From assembly GCA_947488515.1 (NCBI GenBank), contig CANKZF010000002.1:406294-470293 (forward strand): a DNA stretch of 64,000 nucleotides. The letters run 5' to 3'. This document shows positions 37,075 through 47,605 of the stretch, one piece after another. The DNA is from an uncultured Nocardioides sp. (lineage in GTDB: Bacteria > Actinomycetota > Actinomycetes > Propionibacteriales > Nocardioidaceae). Both the position numbers and the translations under genes were made by a program. Each line of letters opens with the position of its first letter. Positions within the stretch are counted from its first letter, which is position 1. The notes under the pieces are model-generated. The model saw only the letters and a program-made list of their open reading frames with translations. It made no database searches and had not been told where the DNA came from.

Positions 37075-37983
37075 TCAGAGCGCGCTGGCGTGCGCCACGA
37101 GCCGCAGCTGGCGGCGGCGGTGGTTGACCGCCTCGACCGTGAAGATCGCGAGCGCGACCCAGACGAGGCCGAAGCCGATCCAGCGGCTGGCGGGCATGGC
37201 CTCGTCGAAGACGAGGATGCCGAGGGCGAACTGGATGGTGGGGGCGAGGTACTGCAGCAGCCCGAGCGAGACCATCGAGACCCGGATCGCCGCGGCGCCG
37301 AAGAGCATCAGCGGGACGGCGGTGATGATGCCGGTGGTCGTGAAGAGGATCGCGTGCCCGGCGCCCTGGCTGCCGAAGGTGGACTCGCCGGTGCTGACCA
37401 GCCAGGCGATGTACGCCGCTGCGAACGGTGCGATGACCAGGGTCTCCAGCGTGATGCTCTCCACGGCTCCGACGCCCGCCTGCTTCTTGAGCAGGCCGTA
37501 GGTGCCGAAGGAGAAGGCGAGGACGAGCGCGACCCAGGGCGGGCGCCCGTAGTCGATCGTGAGCACGACGACCGCGACGAACGCGATGCCCATCGCGATC
37601 CACTGCAGGCGCCGCAGGTGCTCGCCGAGGATGAGCACGCCCATCAGCACGGTCACGAGCGGGTTGATGAAGTAGCCCAGCGAGGTCTCGACGACGCGGC
37701 CGTTGTTGACGCCCCAGATGTAGCCGCCCCAGTTGATCGTGATCACGACCGCTGCGCTGCAGATGAGGAGCAGCTTGCGGCGGTCGCGCAGCAGCGCACG
37801 GAACTGGCCCACACGTCGCGCCAGGACGAGGATGACCAGCATCGTGAGCACCGACCACACGATGCGGTGGGCGAGGATCTCGATCGCACCGGCCGGCTCG
37901 AGCAGCGTCCAGTAGAGGGGGAAGGTGCCCCAGAGGATGTAGGCCGCTGCGCCGAAGATCAGTCCGCGTCGGCTATCTGGCAC
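37075..37983 (-). CDS. rarD: EamA/RarD family transporter
   Basis: 302-aa 10-TM protein, GLIFGAAAYILWGTFPLYW...GYFINPLVTVLMGVLILGE (RarD signature as I remember it). Confidence 0.8.
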   Translation of the reverse strand: MPDSRRGLIFGAAAYILWGTFPLYWTLLEPAGAIEILAHRIVWSVLTMLVILVLARRVGQFRALLRDRRKLLLICSAAVVITINWGGYIWGVNNGRVVETSLGYFINPLVTVLMGVLILGEHLRRLQWIAMGIAFVAVVVLTIDYGRPPWVALVLAFSFGTYGLLKKQAGVGAVESITLETLVIAPFAAAYIAWLVSTGESTFGSQGAGHAILFTTTGIITAVPLMLFGAAAIRVSMVSLGLLQYLAPTIQFALGILVFDEAMPASRWIGFGLVWVALAIFTVEAVNHRRRQLRLVAHASAL

Positions 37984-38083
37984 TCCCGGAGTGTAGAGGC
38001 GGCCGGTCGCCTACGATGGAGCGGCCTCGGGGCGTGGGACCCCGCCGGCCACGAAGTCATCATCACTCGAGGGGGAACTCACC

Positions 38084-38494
38084 ATGCGGACTCTCCGCAC
38101 CGTCCTGTCGGCCCTGGTCGCCGCACTGCTCCTGGTCGGCGGGCTCAGCACGAGCGCCGGCGCCGGGTCGCTTCCGAAGCGCGTCATCGAGGAGGTGCCG
38201 CCGAAGACCAAGCAGGTCTCCTACAACGCCTTCAAGCTCAAGGGCACGGTGTCGGAGCCGCAGCTCGACGGCACCCTGCTGCCCTACGCCAACCAGAAGG
38301 TGAAGATCCTCAAGAAGGCGTGCGGCTCCTGCAAGTGGAAGACCGTGAAGAAGGTGAAGACCAACGACAGCGGCGTCTTCAAGACCCGCATCTTCGCCCC
38401 GGACAAGGGTCGCTGGAAGTGGCGCTCGAAGGTCGACCACTCCAACGGCTTCGGCAACACCAAGGGCAAGGTCTGGACGCTCTACTTCGACTGA
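38084..38494 (+). CDS. Small secreted lysine-rich beta-sandwich protein
   Basis: Signal peptide MRTLRTVLSALVAALLLVGGLSTSAGA. The segment NQKVKILKKACGSCKWKTVKKVKTNDSGVFKTRIF resembles the N-terminal domain of the GH16 protein (GRKVVLERLVGTSWKKVGTAKQEKSGRANF). Confidence 0.6.
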   Translation: MRTLRTVLSALVAALLLVGGLSTSAGAGSLPKRVIEEVPPKTKQVSYNAFKLKGTVSEPQLDGTLLPYANQKVKILKKACGSCKWKTVKKVKTNDSGVFKTRIFAPDKGRWKWRSKVDHSNGFGNTKGKVWTLYFD

Positions 38495-38514
38495 GCCCCG
38501 ATCCCGGTCACCGC

Positions 38515-38564
38515 ACCTGGACGATCCGGCGACGATCAGCTGATCGTCAGATGATCGTCCAGGT
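38515..38564. terminator. Nested palindromes at the convergent junction (overlaps the korB 3' end)
   Basis: ACCTGGACGATC (38515-38526) pairs with GATCGTCCAGGT (38553-38564). Between them is the perfect 18-bp palindrome GACGATCAGCTGATCGTC (38531-38548). Confidence 0.45.
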
Positions 38565-39676
38565 GTCGCCGCCGCCGATCAGCGACGCCAGACGGGCGGA
38601 GCGGTCGGCGGCGTCGCCATTTCCGGCCTCGGCGACGGCCGCGGTGACCTGCTCGCGAGCCTGGTCGTCGTACGTCGGTCGCTCGACCTGGCGGAAGATG
38701 CCGATCGGCGAGGTGTTGAGGTAGCCGGAGTCGGTGAGTCGCGAGATCGCGAAGGCCATCGTCGGGTCGGGGCTGTGGGCGTCGTGGACCACGATGTCAG
38801 CGGCGTCCACGTCGGCGGTCGCCACGACCTGGACACCGCCGGTCGCGGTGTCGCGGACCAGGGCCTTCGCCCCGCGCCCGTCCTCGAGCGTGCTGCCGAA
38901 CGTGATCGGCTCGCCGTGCACGAGCGGGATGATCGCATCGGCCTTGGTGTCGGGCGACTTGATGGCGTCGAACGCACCGTCGTTGAAGATCGGGCAGTTC
39001 TGGTAGATCTCCACGAGCGACGTGCCGCGGTGGGCGGCGGCGGCGGCGAGCACCGCGGTGAGGTGCTTGCGGTCGGAGTCGATGGTGCGCGCGACGAACG
39101 ACGCCTCGGCGCCCAGGGCCAGCGACACGGGGTTGAACGGGTGGTCCAGGGAGCCCATCGGGGTCGACTTGGTGACCTTGCCGGTCTCAGACGTGGGGGA
39201 GTACTGCCCCTTGGTCAGGCCGTAGATGCGGTTGTTGAAGAGCAGGATCGTCATGTTGACGTTGCGACGCAGGGCGTGGATCAGGTGGTTGCCACCGATC
39301 GACAGCGCGTCGCCGTCACCCGTGACGACCCACACCGACAGGTCCTCGCGCGCCGTGGCGATGCCCGTCGCGATCGACGGCGCGCGGCCGTGGATCGAGT
39401 GCATGCCATAGGTGTCGAGGTAGTAGGGGAAGCGCGAGGAGCAGCCGATGCCGGAGACGAACACGATGTTCTCGCGGCGCAGGCCGAGGTCGGGCAGGAA
39501 CGACTGGACGGCCTTGAGCACGGCGTAGTCGCCGCACCCGGGGCACCAGCGCACCTCTTGGTCGGAGGTGAAGTCCTTGCCGGTCTGCGGTCCGTCGGCC
39601 GCCGGCACCTGCTCGGTGCCGGAGCGCAGGCCGGGGAGGCCCAGCTGGACGGGCGTGCCGGTCAGGGGGGTGCTCA

Positions 39677-39677
<1 letters not shown>
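38547..39677 (-). CDS. korB: 2-oxoglutarate:ferredoxin oxidoreductase, beta subunit
   Basis: Start MSTPLTGTPVQLG at 39677. RWCPGCGDYAVL and the ThDP motif VVTGDGDALSIGGNH. Confidence 0.9.
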
Positions 39678-41602
<1,925 letters not shown>

Positions 41603-41788
41603 CTCTGCCCTGCTTCCTACGTGTCACGAGACTCGTCTACCAGCTGCCCACGATAGTCGCGGCCGGGGCGGAATCCCGCCGCTCCCCACGTGATGGACGC
41701 CTCCCCGGTACCCCGTCGGCGCCGTGCGTGACCCACGACACGCGCCCGAACTCCGGTCAATGTCATCGCGGTCGATAAAGTCATGTAT

Positions 41789-41819
41789 CTTTCTCGACAT
41801 TGCACACCGATCGAGAAAG
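41789..41819. promoter_or_regulatory. Inverted repeat upstream of the sulfate-transporter operon (candidate operator)
   Basis: CTTTCTCGA (41789-41797) and TCGAGAAAG (41811-41819) are perfect 9-bp arms with a 13-nt spacer. They lie in the locally AT-richer korA/sulfate-operon divergent region, 14 nt before ATG 41833. Confidence 0.4.
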
Positions 41820-41832
41820 TCGAGCATCCCCC

Positions 41833-42870
41833 ATGCAGATCCGTTCACGTGCCGCGCTTGCGGCCGCACTTGTCGGGGCACTGGCCCTGTCCGCCTGCGC
41901 CCCCGGTGGCGCCAGCAGCAGCGACGAGGATGACTCCAACACCATCCACATCGTCGGCTTCGCGGTCCCCGAGGCCGCCAACAAGAACATCGCCACGGAG
42001 TTCAACAAGACGCCCGAGGGTGAGGGCGTGAAGTTCCAGACCTCCTACGGTCCTTCGGGGGACCAGAGCCGCGCGGTCGCCGCCGGCCTCAAGGCCGACT
42101 ACGTCCACTTCTCGGTTCCGACCGACGTCACCCGCCTCGTCGACGAGGGCCTCGTGGCCGACGACTGGGACGCCGGTGACAACAAGGGCGTCGTGTCGCG
42201 CTCGGTCGTGGTGTTCGGTGTCCGCGACGGCAACCCCAAGAACATCAAGGACTGGGACGACCTGGTCAAGCCGGGCGTCGAGATCGTCACGCCCAACCCC
42301 GCGTCCTCCGGCGCCGCGCGCTGGAACGCCCTCGCGGCCTACGGCCAGGTGATCAGCGACGGTGGCACCGAGAAGGAGGCCAAGGAGTACGTCGACAAGT
42401 TCTTCAAGAACGTCGTCTCGCTGCCCAGCAGCGGTCGTGATGCCACCACCGCCTTCCTCGGCGGCACCGGTGACGTCCTGATGGCCTACGAGAACGAGGC
42501 GATCCTCGCCGCGCAGAACGACGAGGGCTTCGAGTACGTCCTCCCGGACACCAGCCTCCTGATCGAGAACGCGGGCGCCATCCTGGAGGACGCCTCCGAG
42601 CCGTCGCAGGCCTGGCTGGACTTCGTCCTCTCCGACGAGGGCCAGAAGCAGTTCGCCCTCACCGGCTTCCGCCCGATCCGCGACGACGTCGACTACGGCG
42701 GCACCGTCGAGGGTGCGGCCGACCCGTCCAACCCGTTCCCCGAGGTCGGCACGCTGCTGACGGTCGACGAGGACTTCGGCGGCTGGGACGAGGTCTCGAC
42801 CAAGTTCTTCGACGAGGAGAACGGCCTGATCTTCGAGGCCATCCTCGGTGCCGGCCTCTCCCTCGAGTGA
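41833..42870 (+). CDS. Sulfate/thiosulfate ABC transporter substrate-binding lipoprotein (Sbp/CysP/SubI type)
   Basis: MQIRSRAALAAALVGALALSAC lipobox. NPASSGAARWN motif. Followed by cysTWA. Confidence 0.85.
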   Translation: MQIRSRAALAAALVGALALSACAPGGASSSDEDDSNTIHIVGFAVPEAANKNIATEFNKTPEGEGVKFQTSYGPSGDQSRAVAAGLKADYVHFSVPTDVTRLVDEGLVADDWDAGDNKGVVSRSVVVFGVRDGNPKNIKDWDDLVKPGVEIVTPNPASSGAARWNALAAYGQVISDGGTEKEAKEYVDKFFKNVVSLPSSGRDATTAFLGGTGDVLMAYENEAILAAQNDEGFEYVLPDTSLLIENAGAILEDASEPSQAWLDFVLSDEGQKQFALTGFRPIRDDVDYGGTVEGAADPSNPFPEVGTLLTVDEDFGGWDEVSTKFFDEENGLIFEAILGAGLSLE

Positions 42871-42894
42871 CCTGCGGCGCCACTCACATCTGTC

Positions 42895-43743
42895 ATGACC
42901 TCAACTGAGATCGCAGCGGTCCGACCGGCGAGGACTCCTCGCCGGTCGGGGCCGCGCTCGACGCTCACGCGGTCGTCGGGACTCGGGCTCGGCATCGCCA
43001 TGATCTGGTTCAGCGCGCTGGTCCTGATCCCCCTGGCGGCCGTCGTCGTCACCGCCATCGACGGCGGCTGGGACGTCTTCTGGACGACCATCACCAACGG
43101 CCAGACCGCCGCCGCCATCAAGCTCACCGTCTTCACCGCCGCCGGCGTCACGGCCGTCAACGTCGTGATGGGCCCGCTCATCGCCTGGGTCCTGGTCCGT
43201 GACCGCTTCTGGGGCAAGTCGGTGCTCGAGGTGCTGATCGACATCCCGTTCGCGCTGCCGACCATCGTCGCCGGCCTGGTGCTGCTCTCGCTCTACGGCA
43301 CCGACAGCCCGATCGGCATCGACATCGCCAACCAGCGACCGGCCGTGTTCCTCGCGTTCCTCTTCGTCACGCTGCCGTTCGTGGTCCGCATGGTGCAGCC
43401 GGTGCTCGAGGAGCTCGAGCTCGACGTGGAGGAGGCTGCGGCCTCGCTCGGCGCGAGCCGGTTCACCACCTTCCGCCGCATCATCCTGCCCAGCCTCACG
43501 CCGGCCATCACCGCCGGCGCGGCCCTGTCCTTTGCCCGCGGCGTCAGCGAGTACGGCTCGCTGGTCCTGCTCTCGGGCAACCTCCCGTTCAAGACCGAGG
43601 TCACCTCCGTGCGCATCCTCAGCAGCATCGAGAACGACAACGTCGCGGGGGCTGCGGCCGTCGCGACGGTGCTGTTGGCCATCTCGCTCGCGGTGATCGT
43701 GGTCCTGGACCTGATCCAGAGGCGGGTGGCCGCACGTGGCTGA
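42895..43743 (+). CDS. cysT: Sulfate ABC transporter permease
   Basis: 282-aa permease, EAAASLGASRFTTFRRIILP (EAA loop). Confidence 0.85.
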   Translation: MTSTEIAAVRPARTPRRSGPRSTLTRSSGLGLGIAMIWFSALVLIPLAAVVVTAIDGGWDVFWTTITNGQTAAAIKLTVFTAAGVTAVNVVMGPLIAWVLVRDRFWGKSVLEVLIDIPFALPTIVAGLVLLSLYGTDSPIGIDIANQRPAVFLAFLFVTLPFVVRMVQPVLEELELDVEEAAASLGASRFTTFRRIILPSLTPAITAGAALSFARGVSEYGSLVLLSGNLPFKTEVTSVRILSSIENDNVAGAAAVATVLLAISLAVIVVLDLIQRRVAARG

Positions 43744-44611
43744 CACGCTGATCCGTCCGCCCGCCGACGCGCCTCCTCCCGTCGAGGAGCGCCGTCGGCC
43801 CCCGCGGGTGCGCAAGACCCCGGTCACCTACCTGCTCCGGTTCATCGTCACCGCCTACCTGTTCTTCCTGGTGGCGTGGCCGGTGTCGTTGGTCGTGACC
43901 CACACGTTCGACAACGGGTGGGAGTCGATCCGCTCCCTCCTCGAGGACCCCGACATGGTCGTGGCGCTGCAGCTCAGCGCGTACGTCGCCGTGTGGTCGG
44001 TGCTCATCAACACGGTGTTCGGCGTCGGCATGTCCCTGCTCCTGGTCCGCTACGAGTTCCCCGGCAAGCGACTGCTCAACTCCCTGCTCGACCTCCCGCT
44101 GTCGGTCTCGCCGATCGTCGTGGGCCTCGCGCTGGTGCTGGTCTACGGCGGCCGCAACGGCTGGTTCGGTCCGACGCTCGCCGGCTGGGGCTTCGACGTC
44201 ATCTTCTCGACGCCCGGCATCATCATGGCCACCACGTTCGTGGCGCTGCCGCTGATGATCCGCGAGCTCGTGCCGGTGCTCGAGGAGATCGGCATCGAGC
44301 AGGAGCAGGCGGCCCAGAGCCTCGGCGCGAGCGGGTTCCAGCGCTTCGTGCGGATCACGTTGCCGTCCATCAAGTGGGGCATCACGTACGGCGTCGTGCT
44401 GACGCTGGCGCGCTCGCTCGGCGAGTTCGGGGCGGTCAAGGTCGTCTCGGGCAATGTGCTCGGCCAGACCCGCACGGCGACCCTGGCGGTCGAGGAGAAG
44501 TACCTCAACTTCGACCAGCAGGGGGCCTACGCCACGGCCTTCCTGCTCGCGATGGTGTCGGTCGCCTGCATCGTCGTCGTCGGGATCATCCGGCCCAAGA
44601 ACAACCACTGA
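43736..44611 (+). CDS. cysW: Sulfate ABC transporter permease
   Basis: 291-aa permease, EQAAQSLGASGFQRFVRITLP. Overlaps the cysT stop. Confidence 0.85.
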   Translation: MADTLIRPPADAPPPVEERRRPPRVRKTPVTYLLRFIVTAYLFFLVAWPVSLVVTHTFDNGWESIRSLLEDPDMVVALQLSAYVAVWSVLINTVFGVGMSLLLVRYEFPGKRLLNSLLDLPLSVSPIVVGLALVLVYGGRNGWFGPTLAGWGFDVIFSTPGIIMATTFVALPLMIRELVPVLEEIGIEQEQAAQSLGASGFQRFVRITLPSIKWGITYGVVLTLARSLGEFGAVKVVSGNVLGQTRTATLAVEEKYLNFDQQGAYATAFLLAMVSVACIVVVGIIRPKNNH

Positions 44612-44659
44612 CCCGTATCCCTGAACCCGTACCCCCTGATCGACCAGAGAGGCACCCCC

Positions 44660-45637
44660 ATGAGCATCGAAGTGACCGGCCTGAACAAGAAGTTCGGCGA
44701 CTTCGTGGCGCTCGACGACGTCAACGTCACGATCCCGACCGGCCAGCTCACCGCCCTGCTCGGGCCCAGCGGCGGCGGCAAGTCGACCCTGCTCCGCATC
44801 ATCGCGGGCCTGGAGAAGGCCGACACCGGCTCGGTCACGATCGAGGGCGTCGAGGCCACCCACCTGCCCGCGCAGAAGCGCAACGTCGGCTTCGTCTTCC
44901 AGCACTACGCCGTCTTCAAGCACATGACGGTCGCCAAGAACGTCGCCTTCGGCCTCGAGATCCGCAAGCGCCCCAAGGACGAGATCGAGCACCGCGTCCA
45001 GGAGCTGCTCAAGCTCGTGCACCTCTCGCAGTTCGCCCACCGGCTGCCCTCGCAGCTCTCCGGCGGCCAGCGCCAGCGCATGGCGCTCGCCCGGGCCCTC
45101 GCGGTGGAGCCGTCGGTGCTGCTGCTCGACGAGCCGTTCGGCGCCCTCGACGCCAAGGTCCGCAAGGAGCTGCGCGACTGGCTGCGCCGCCTCCACGACG
45201 ACGTGCACGTGACGACCGTCTTCGTCACCCACGACCAGGAGGAGGCCCTCGAGGTCGCCGACGAGATCGTCGTGATCAACGAGGGCCGCGTCGAGCAGGT
45301 CGGCACCCCCGACCAGCTGTACGACGAGCCGGCCAACGACTTCGTGATGTCGTTCCTCGGCGAGGTGACGCACCTCGGTGGTGTCTCGCTCCGCCCCCAC
45401 GACATCGAGCTCGAGGCGTCCCCCCAGCTCGCGGGCAGCGTCGAGGGCACGGTCTCCCGCATGGTGCGCATCGGCTTCGAGGTGCGCCTCACGGTCCTCA
45501 CCGTCGACGGCGACGAGGTGTCGGTGGTGGTCACGCGCGCCCACGCGCGCGCCCACGGGATCGAGGAGGGCAGCACCGTCTGGCTCACCCCTGCGGCTGG
45601 GGCGACCGTGGTGCCGCGGATGGCTGCGGCCGTCTGA
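44660..45637 (+). CDS. cysA: Sulfate/thiosulfate import ATP-binding protein
   Basis: Walker [10 protein letters not shown], signature LSGGQRQR, Walker B LLLDEPF, and a C-terminal TOBE-like domain. Confidence 0.9.
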   Translation: MSIEVTGLNKKFGDFVALDDVNVTIPTGQLTALLGPSGGGKSTLLRIIAGLEKADTGSVTIEGVEATHLPAQKRNVGFVFQHYAVFKHMTVAKNVAFGLEIRKRPKDEIEHRVQELLKLVHLSQFAHRLPSQLSGGQRQRMALARALAVEPSVLLLDEPFGALDAKVRKELRDWLRRLHDDVHVTTVFVTHDQEEALEVADEIVVINEGRVEQVGTPDQLYDEPANDFVMSFLGEVTHLGGVSLRPHDIELEASPQLAGSVEGTVSRMVRIGFEVRLTVLTVDGDEVSVVVTRAHARAHGIEEGSTVWLTPAAGATVVPRMAAAV

Positions 45638-45695
45638 CCACCGCGGGCTCGGCCAGAAGGTCACGGATGCGTGTGGCGAGCGTTACCGTGCGCCT

Positions 45696-46349
45696 GTGAC
45701 CATCGCGACGACCGCCGACGAGCTGTGGGCCGCCGTTGAGACCTTCGATGCCGAGGCTGCGGAGATCGCCATCGCCCGGCTCCTGTGGGACGTGCCGCTG
45801 TCCGGTGCGGTGACCGGGGTGGTCCTGCCGTTCCTGCAGGAGGTCGGCGACCGCTGGGAGGCCGGCTCGATCTCGGTCGCCCACGAGCACTTCGTCAGCG
45901 ACATGCTGCGCCGCACGCTGACCGCGCTGGCCGCCGTGCCCCCGGCACCGGTGCTGGCGGACGCCACCGCGGTCGCACCGGTCGTCCTCCTCGCCTGCCC
46001 GCCGGGGGAGCGGCACGACATGGTGCTGCTCTGCGTGGCGCTGATGCTGCGCGAGCGGGGCGTGCGGGCGCGGTTCCTGGGGGCGGACACCCCGGTGCCG
46101 GCCATCCTCACCGCGGCGCGGGGCTCGCGTGCGGACGCCGTCGTGCTCGCGGCGACGCGGCCGACGATGTTCACCGCGCACGCGTCGGCGCTGCGCAAGC
46201 TCGCTGCCGACCACCCGCTGTACGCCGCCGGGCGCGGCGCGGACGAGCAGACGCTCGCCGAGATCGGGGCGCTGCCGCTGCCGGCCGACCCCGTGAGGGC
46301 GGTCGTGGTGCTCGTCGGCGCGCTGACCACGCTCACCAGTCGCTGGTGA
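45696..46349 (+). CDS. Stand-alone CarH/LitR-like cobalamin-binding module (no DNA-binding domain)
   Basis: GTG 45696, only 58 nt after cysA. Helical-bundle motif RWEAGSISVAHEH (W-x9-EH), then a Rossmann-type B12 domain with VVLLACPPGERHDMV (ExHxx-). No HTH-like sequence fits upstream. Confidence 0.6.
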   Translation: MTIATTADELWAAVETFDAEAAEIAIARLLWDVPLSGAVTGVVLPFLQEVGDRWEAGSISVAHEHFVSDMLRRTLTALAAVPPAPVLADATAVAPVVLLACPPGERHDMVLLCVALMLRERGVRARFLGADTPVPAILTAARGSRADAVVLAATRPTMFTAHASALRKLAADHPLYAAGRGADEQTLAEIGALPLPADPVRAVVVLVGALTTLTSRW

Positions 46350-46581
46350 AGCGCTGAGCCCCGCCAGCCCCCCAGGCCTGACGGGGCTCGACCCCATCCC
46401 CACATCTGCGAACGACGGTACGCCCGAGGTCGGGATTCGGTAAGAGGCGTTGGCCGACTTCACCGCTCAGGGTGGGAGAGGCCTAGACCATTGTGGAGAT
46501 CGCGGGGGGCGGGCGCGCTGTGAAGCACGTCACCACGCCTTTACCTTCGGTGGCCCCGGCCGCCCTGCCTACACTCGTCGA

Positions 46582-46697
46582 GACCCCGGTCGTTCAACCC
46601 CCGTGAGCGATCGGGGTCACCCATGCTCCGGCGCCGTCGCTGACGTCTGGCGACGAGAAGAACGCCCCACGACCAACCCCCTGGTCGCGGGGCGTTC
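46582..46697 (+). ncRNA. Candidate small RNA with two C-rich-loop hairpins (6C-like), tentative
   Basis: Hairpin 1: GACCCCGGTCG / CGATCGGGGTC (46582-46618), loop TTCAACCCCCGTGAG. Hairpin 2: GAACGCCCCACGACC / GGTCGCGGGGCGTTC (46660-46697), loop AACCCCCT. Located in a 500-bp gap between convergent genes with no credible ORF. Confidence 0.25.
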
Positions 46698-46852
46698 CCG
46701 TCTCCGGCGACGATGCGGTCACCCCCGTGGGACTGCCCGTCGCTCGCGTACAAACGTAGGCAGCGGGGCCGGTGGCGTCCCCGGCTTCGAGAGATCTTCG
46801 ACGTTCCACCCAGTTCAGCACCGACGCGCGCCCACGCCCGCGGCCTTCCCCG

Positions 46853-47344
46853 TCAGCGGTAGTTGGTGAACTGCACCGCGAAGTCGTAGTCCTGCGACTT
46901 CACCAGCTGCTGGACGGCCTGCAGGTCGTCACGCTTCTTCGACGAGACCCGCAGCTCCTCGCCCTGGACCTGCGCCTTGACGCCCTTGGGGCCCTCGTCG
47001 CGGATGAGCTTGGAGATCTTCTTGGCGTCCTCGGAGGTGATGCCCTCCTTGAGCGCGATGTCGATCTTGGAGACCTGGCCGGACTGGCGCGGCTCGGAGG
47101 CGTCGAGGATCTTCAGGCTCTGGTTGCGCTTGATCAGCTTGTCCTGGAAGACGCTGAGCACGGCGCTCGCACGGTCGTCTGCCGAGGCGGTGATCTCGAT
47201 CGCCTGCTCGCCCTTCCACTCGATGGACGCCCCGGTGCCCTTGAAGTCGAAGCGGTTCGCGATCTCGCGGGCCGTCTGGCTGAGCGCGTTGTCGACCTCC
47301 TGGCGGTCCAGCTTGCTCACGATGTCGAAGCTCGAGTCAGCCAT
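46853..47344 (-). CDS. yajQ: YajQ family nucleotide-binding protein (UPF0234)
   Basis: [36 protein letters not shown]...[17 protein letters not shown] lies 8 nt upstream of ATG 47344. Confidence 0.9.
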   Translation of the reverse strand: MADSSFDIVSKLDRQEVDNALSQTAREIANRFDFKGTGASIEWKGEQAIEITASADDRASAVLSVFQDKLIKRNQSLKILDASEPRQSGQVSKIDIALKEGITSEDAKKISKLIRDEGPKGVKAQVQGEELRVSSKKRDDLQAVQQLVKSQDYDFAVQFTNYR

Positions 47345-47440
47345 GGTTGTGCCTCCTGAGGGGCTCGTCGCGGGGCTCGCCACAGCGTGCCCCGGCAATT
47401 CGTGGTGAAGTGCGTGCCTTGCTATTGTTCCGCACGGCCC

Positions 47441-47522
47441 GGCAGGTTGCCCGAGCGGCCAAAGGGAGCTGACTGTAAATCAGCCGGCATTGCCTACAGA
47501 GGTTCGAATCCTCTACCTGCCA
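47441..47522 (+). tRNA. tRNA-Tyr (anticodon GTA), CCA not encoded
   Basis: GGCAGGT-TG-CCCG-AGCGGCCAAA-GGGA-G-CTGAC-TGTAAAT-CAGCC-long variable arm-GAGGTTCGAATCCTC-TACCTGCC-A. Nearly collinear with E. coli tRNA-Tyr as I recall it. Confidence 0.95.
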
Positions 47523-47540
47523 CTGGACGTAGTCCAGTCG

Positions 47541-47572
47541 CGAGACCCCCGCACCGGTGTGCGGGGGTCTCG
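47541..47572 (+). terminator. Stem-loop terminator after tRNA-Tyr
   Basis: CGAGACCCCCGCAC-CGGT-GTGCGGGGGTCTCG, a perfect 14-bp stem with no U-tract. A smaller hairpin CTGGAC-GTA-GTCCAG sits at 47523-47537. Confidence 0.6.
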
Positions 47573-47605
47573 TGCGTCACGGGTGGTGGCTGCTTGACTG
47601 CCCGG

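Noticed and set aside
45638-46582. Cobalamin riboswitch near the B12-binding-domain gene
   Set aside because: I could not find a B12-box-like element or the conserved GGGAA/GGTGAAA-type core in either flanking region. An Rfam scan would be needed to exclude it formally.
46450-46869. 139-aa plus-strand ORF (and minus-strand ORFs 46541-46753, 46594-46821) in the convergent gap
   Set aside because: Arg/Gly/Pro-rich translations with no start context that overlap the strong hairpins. The gap is more plausibly non-coding.
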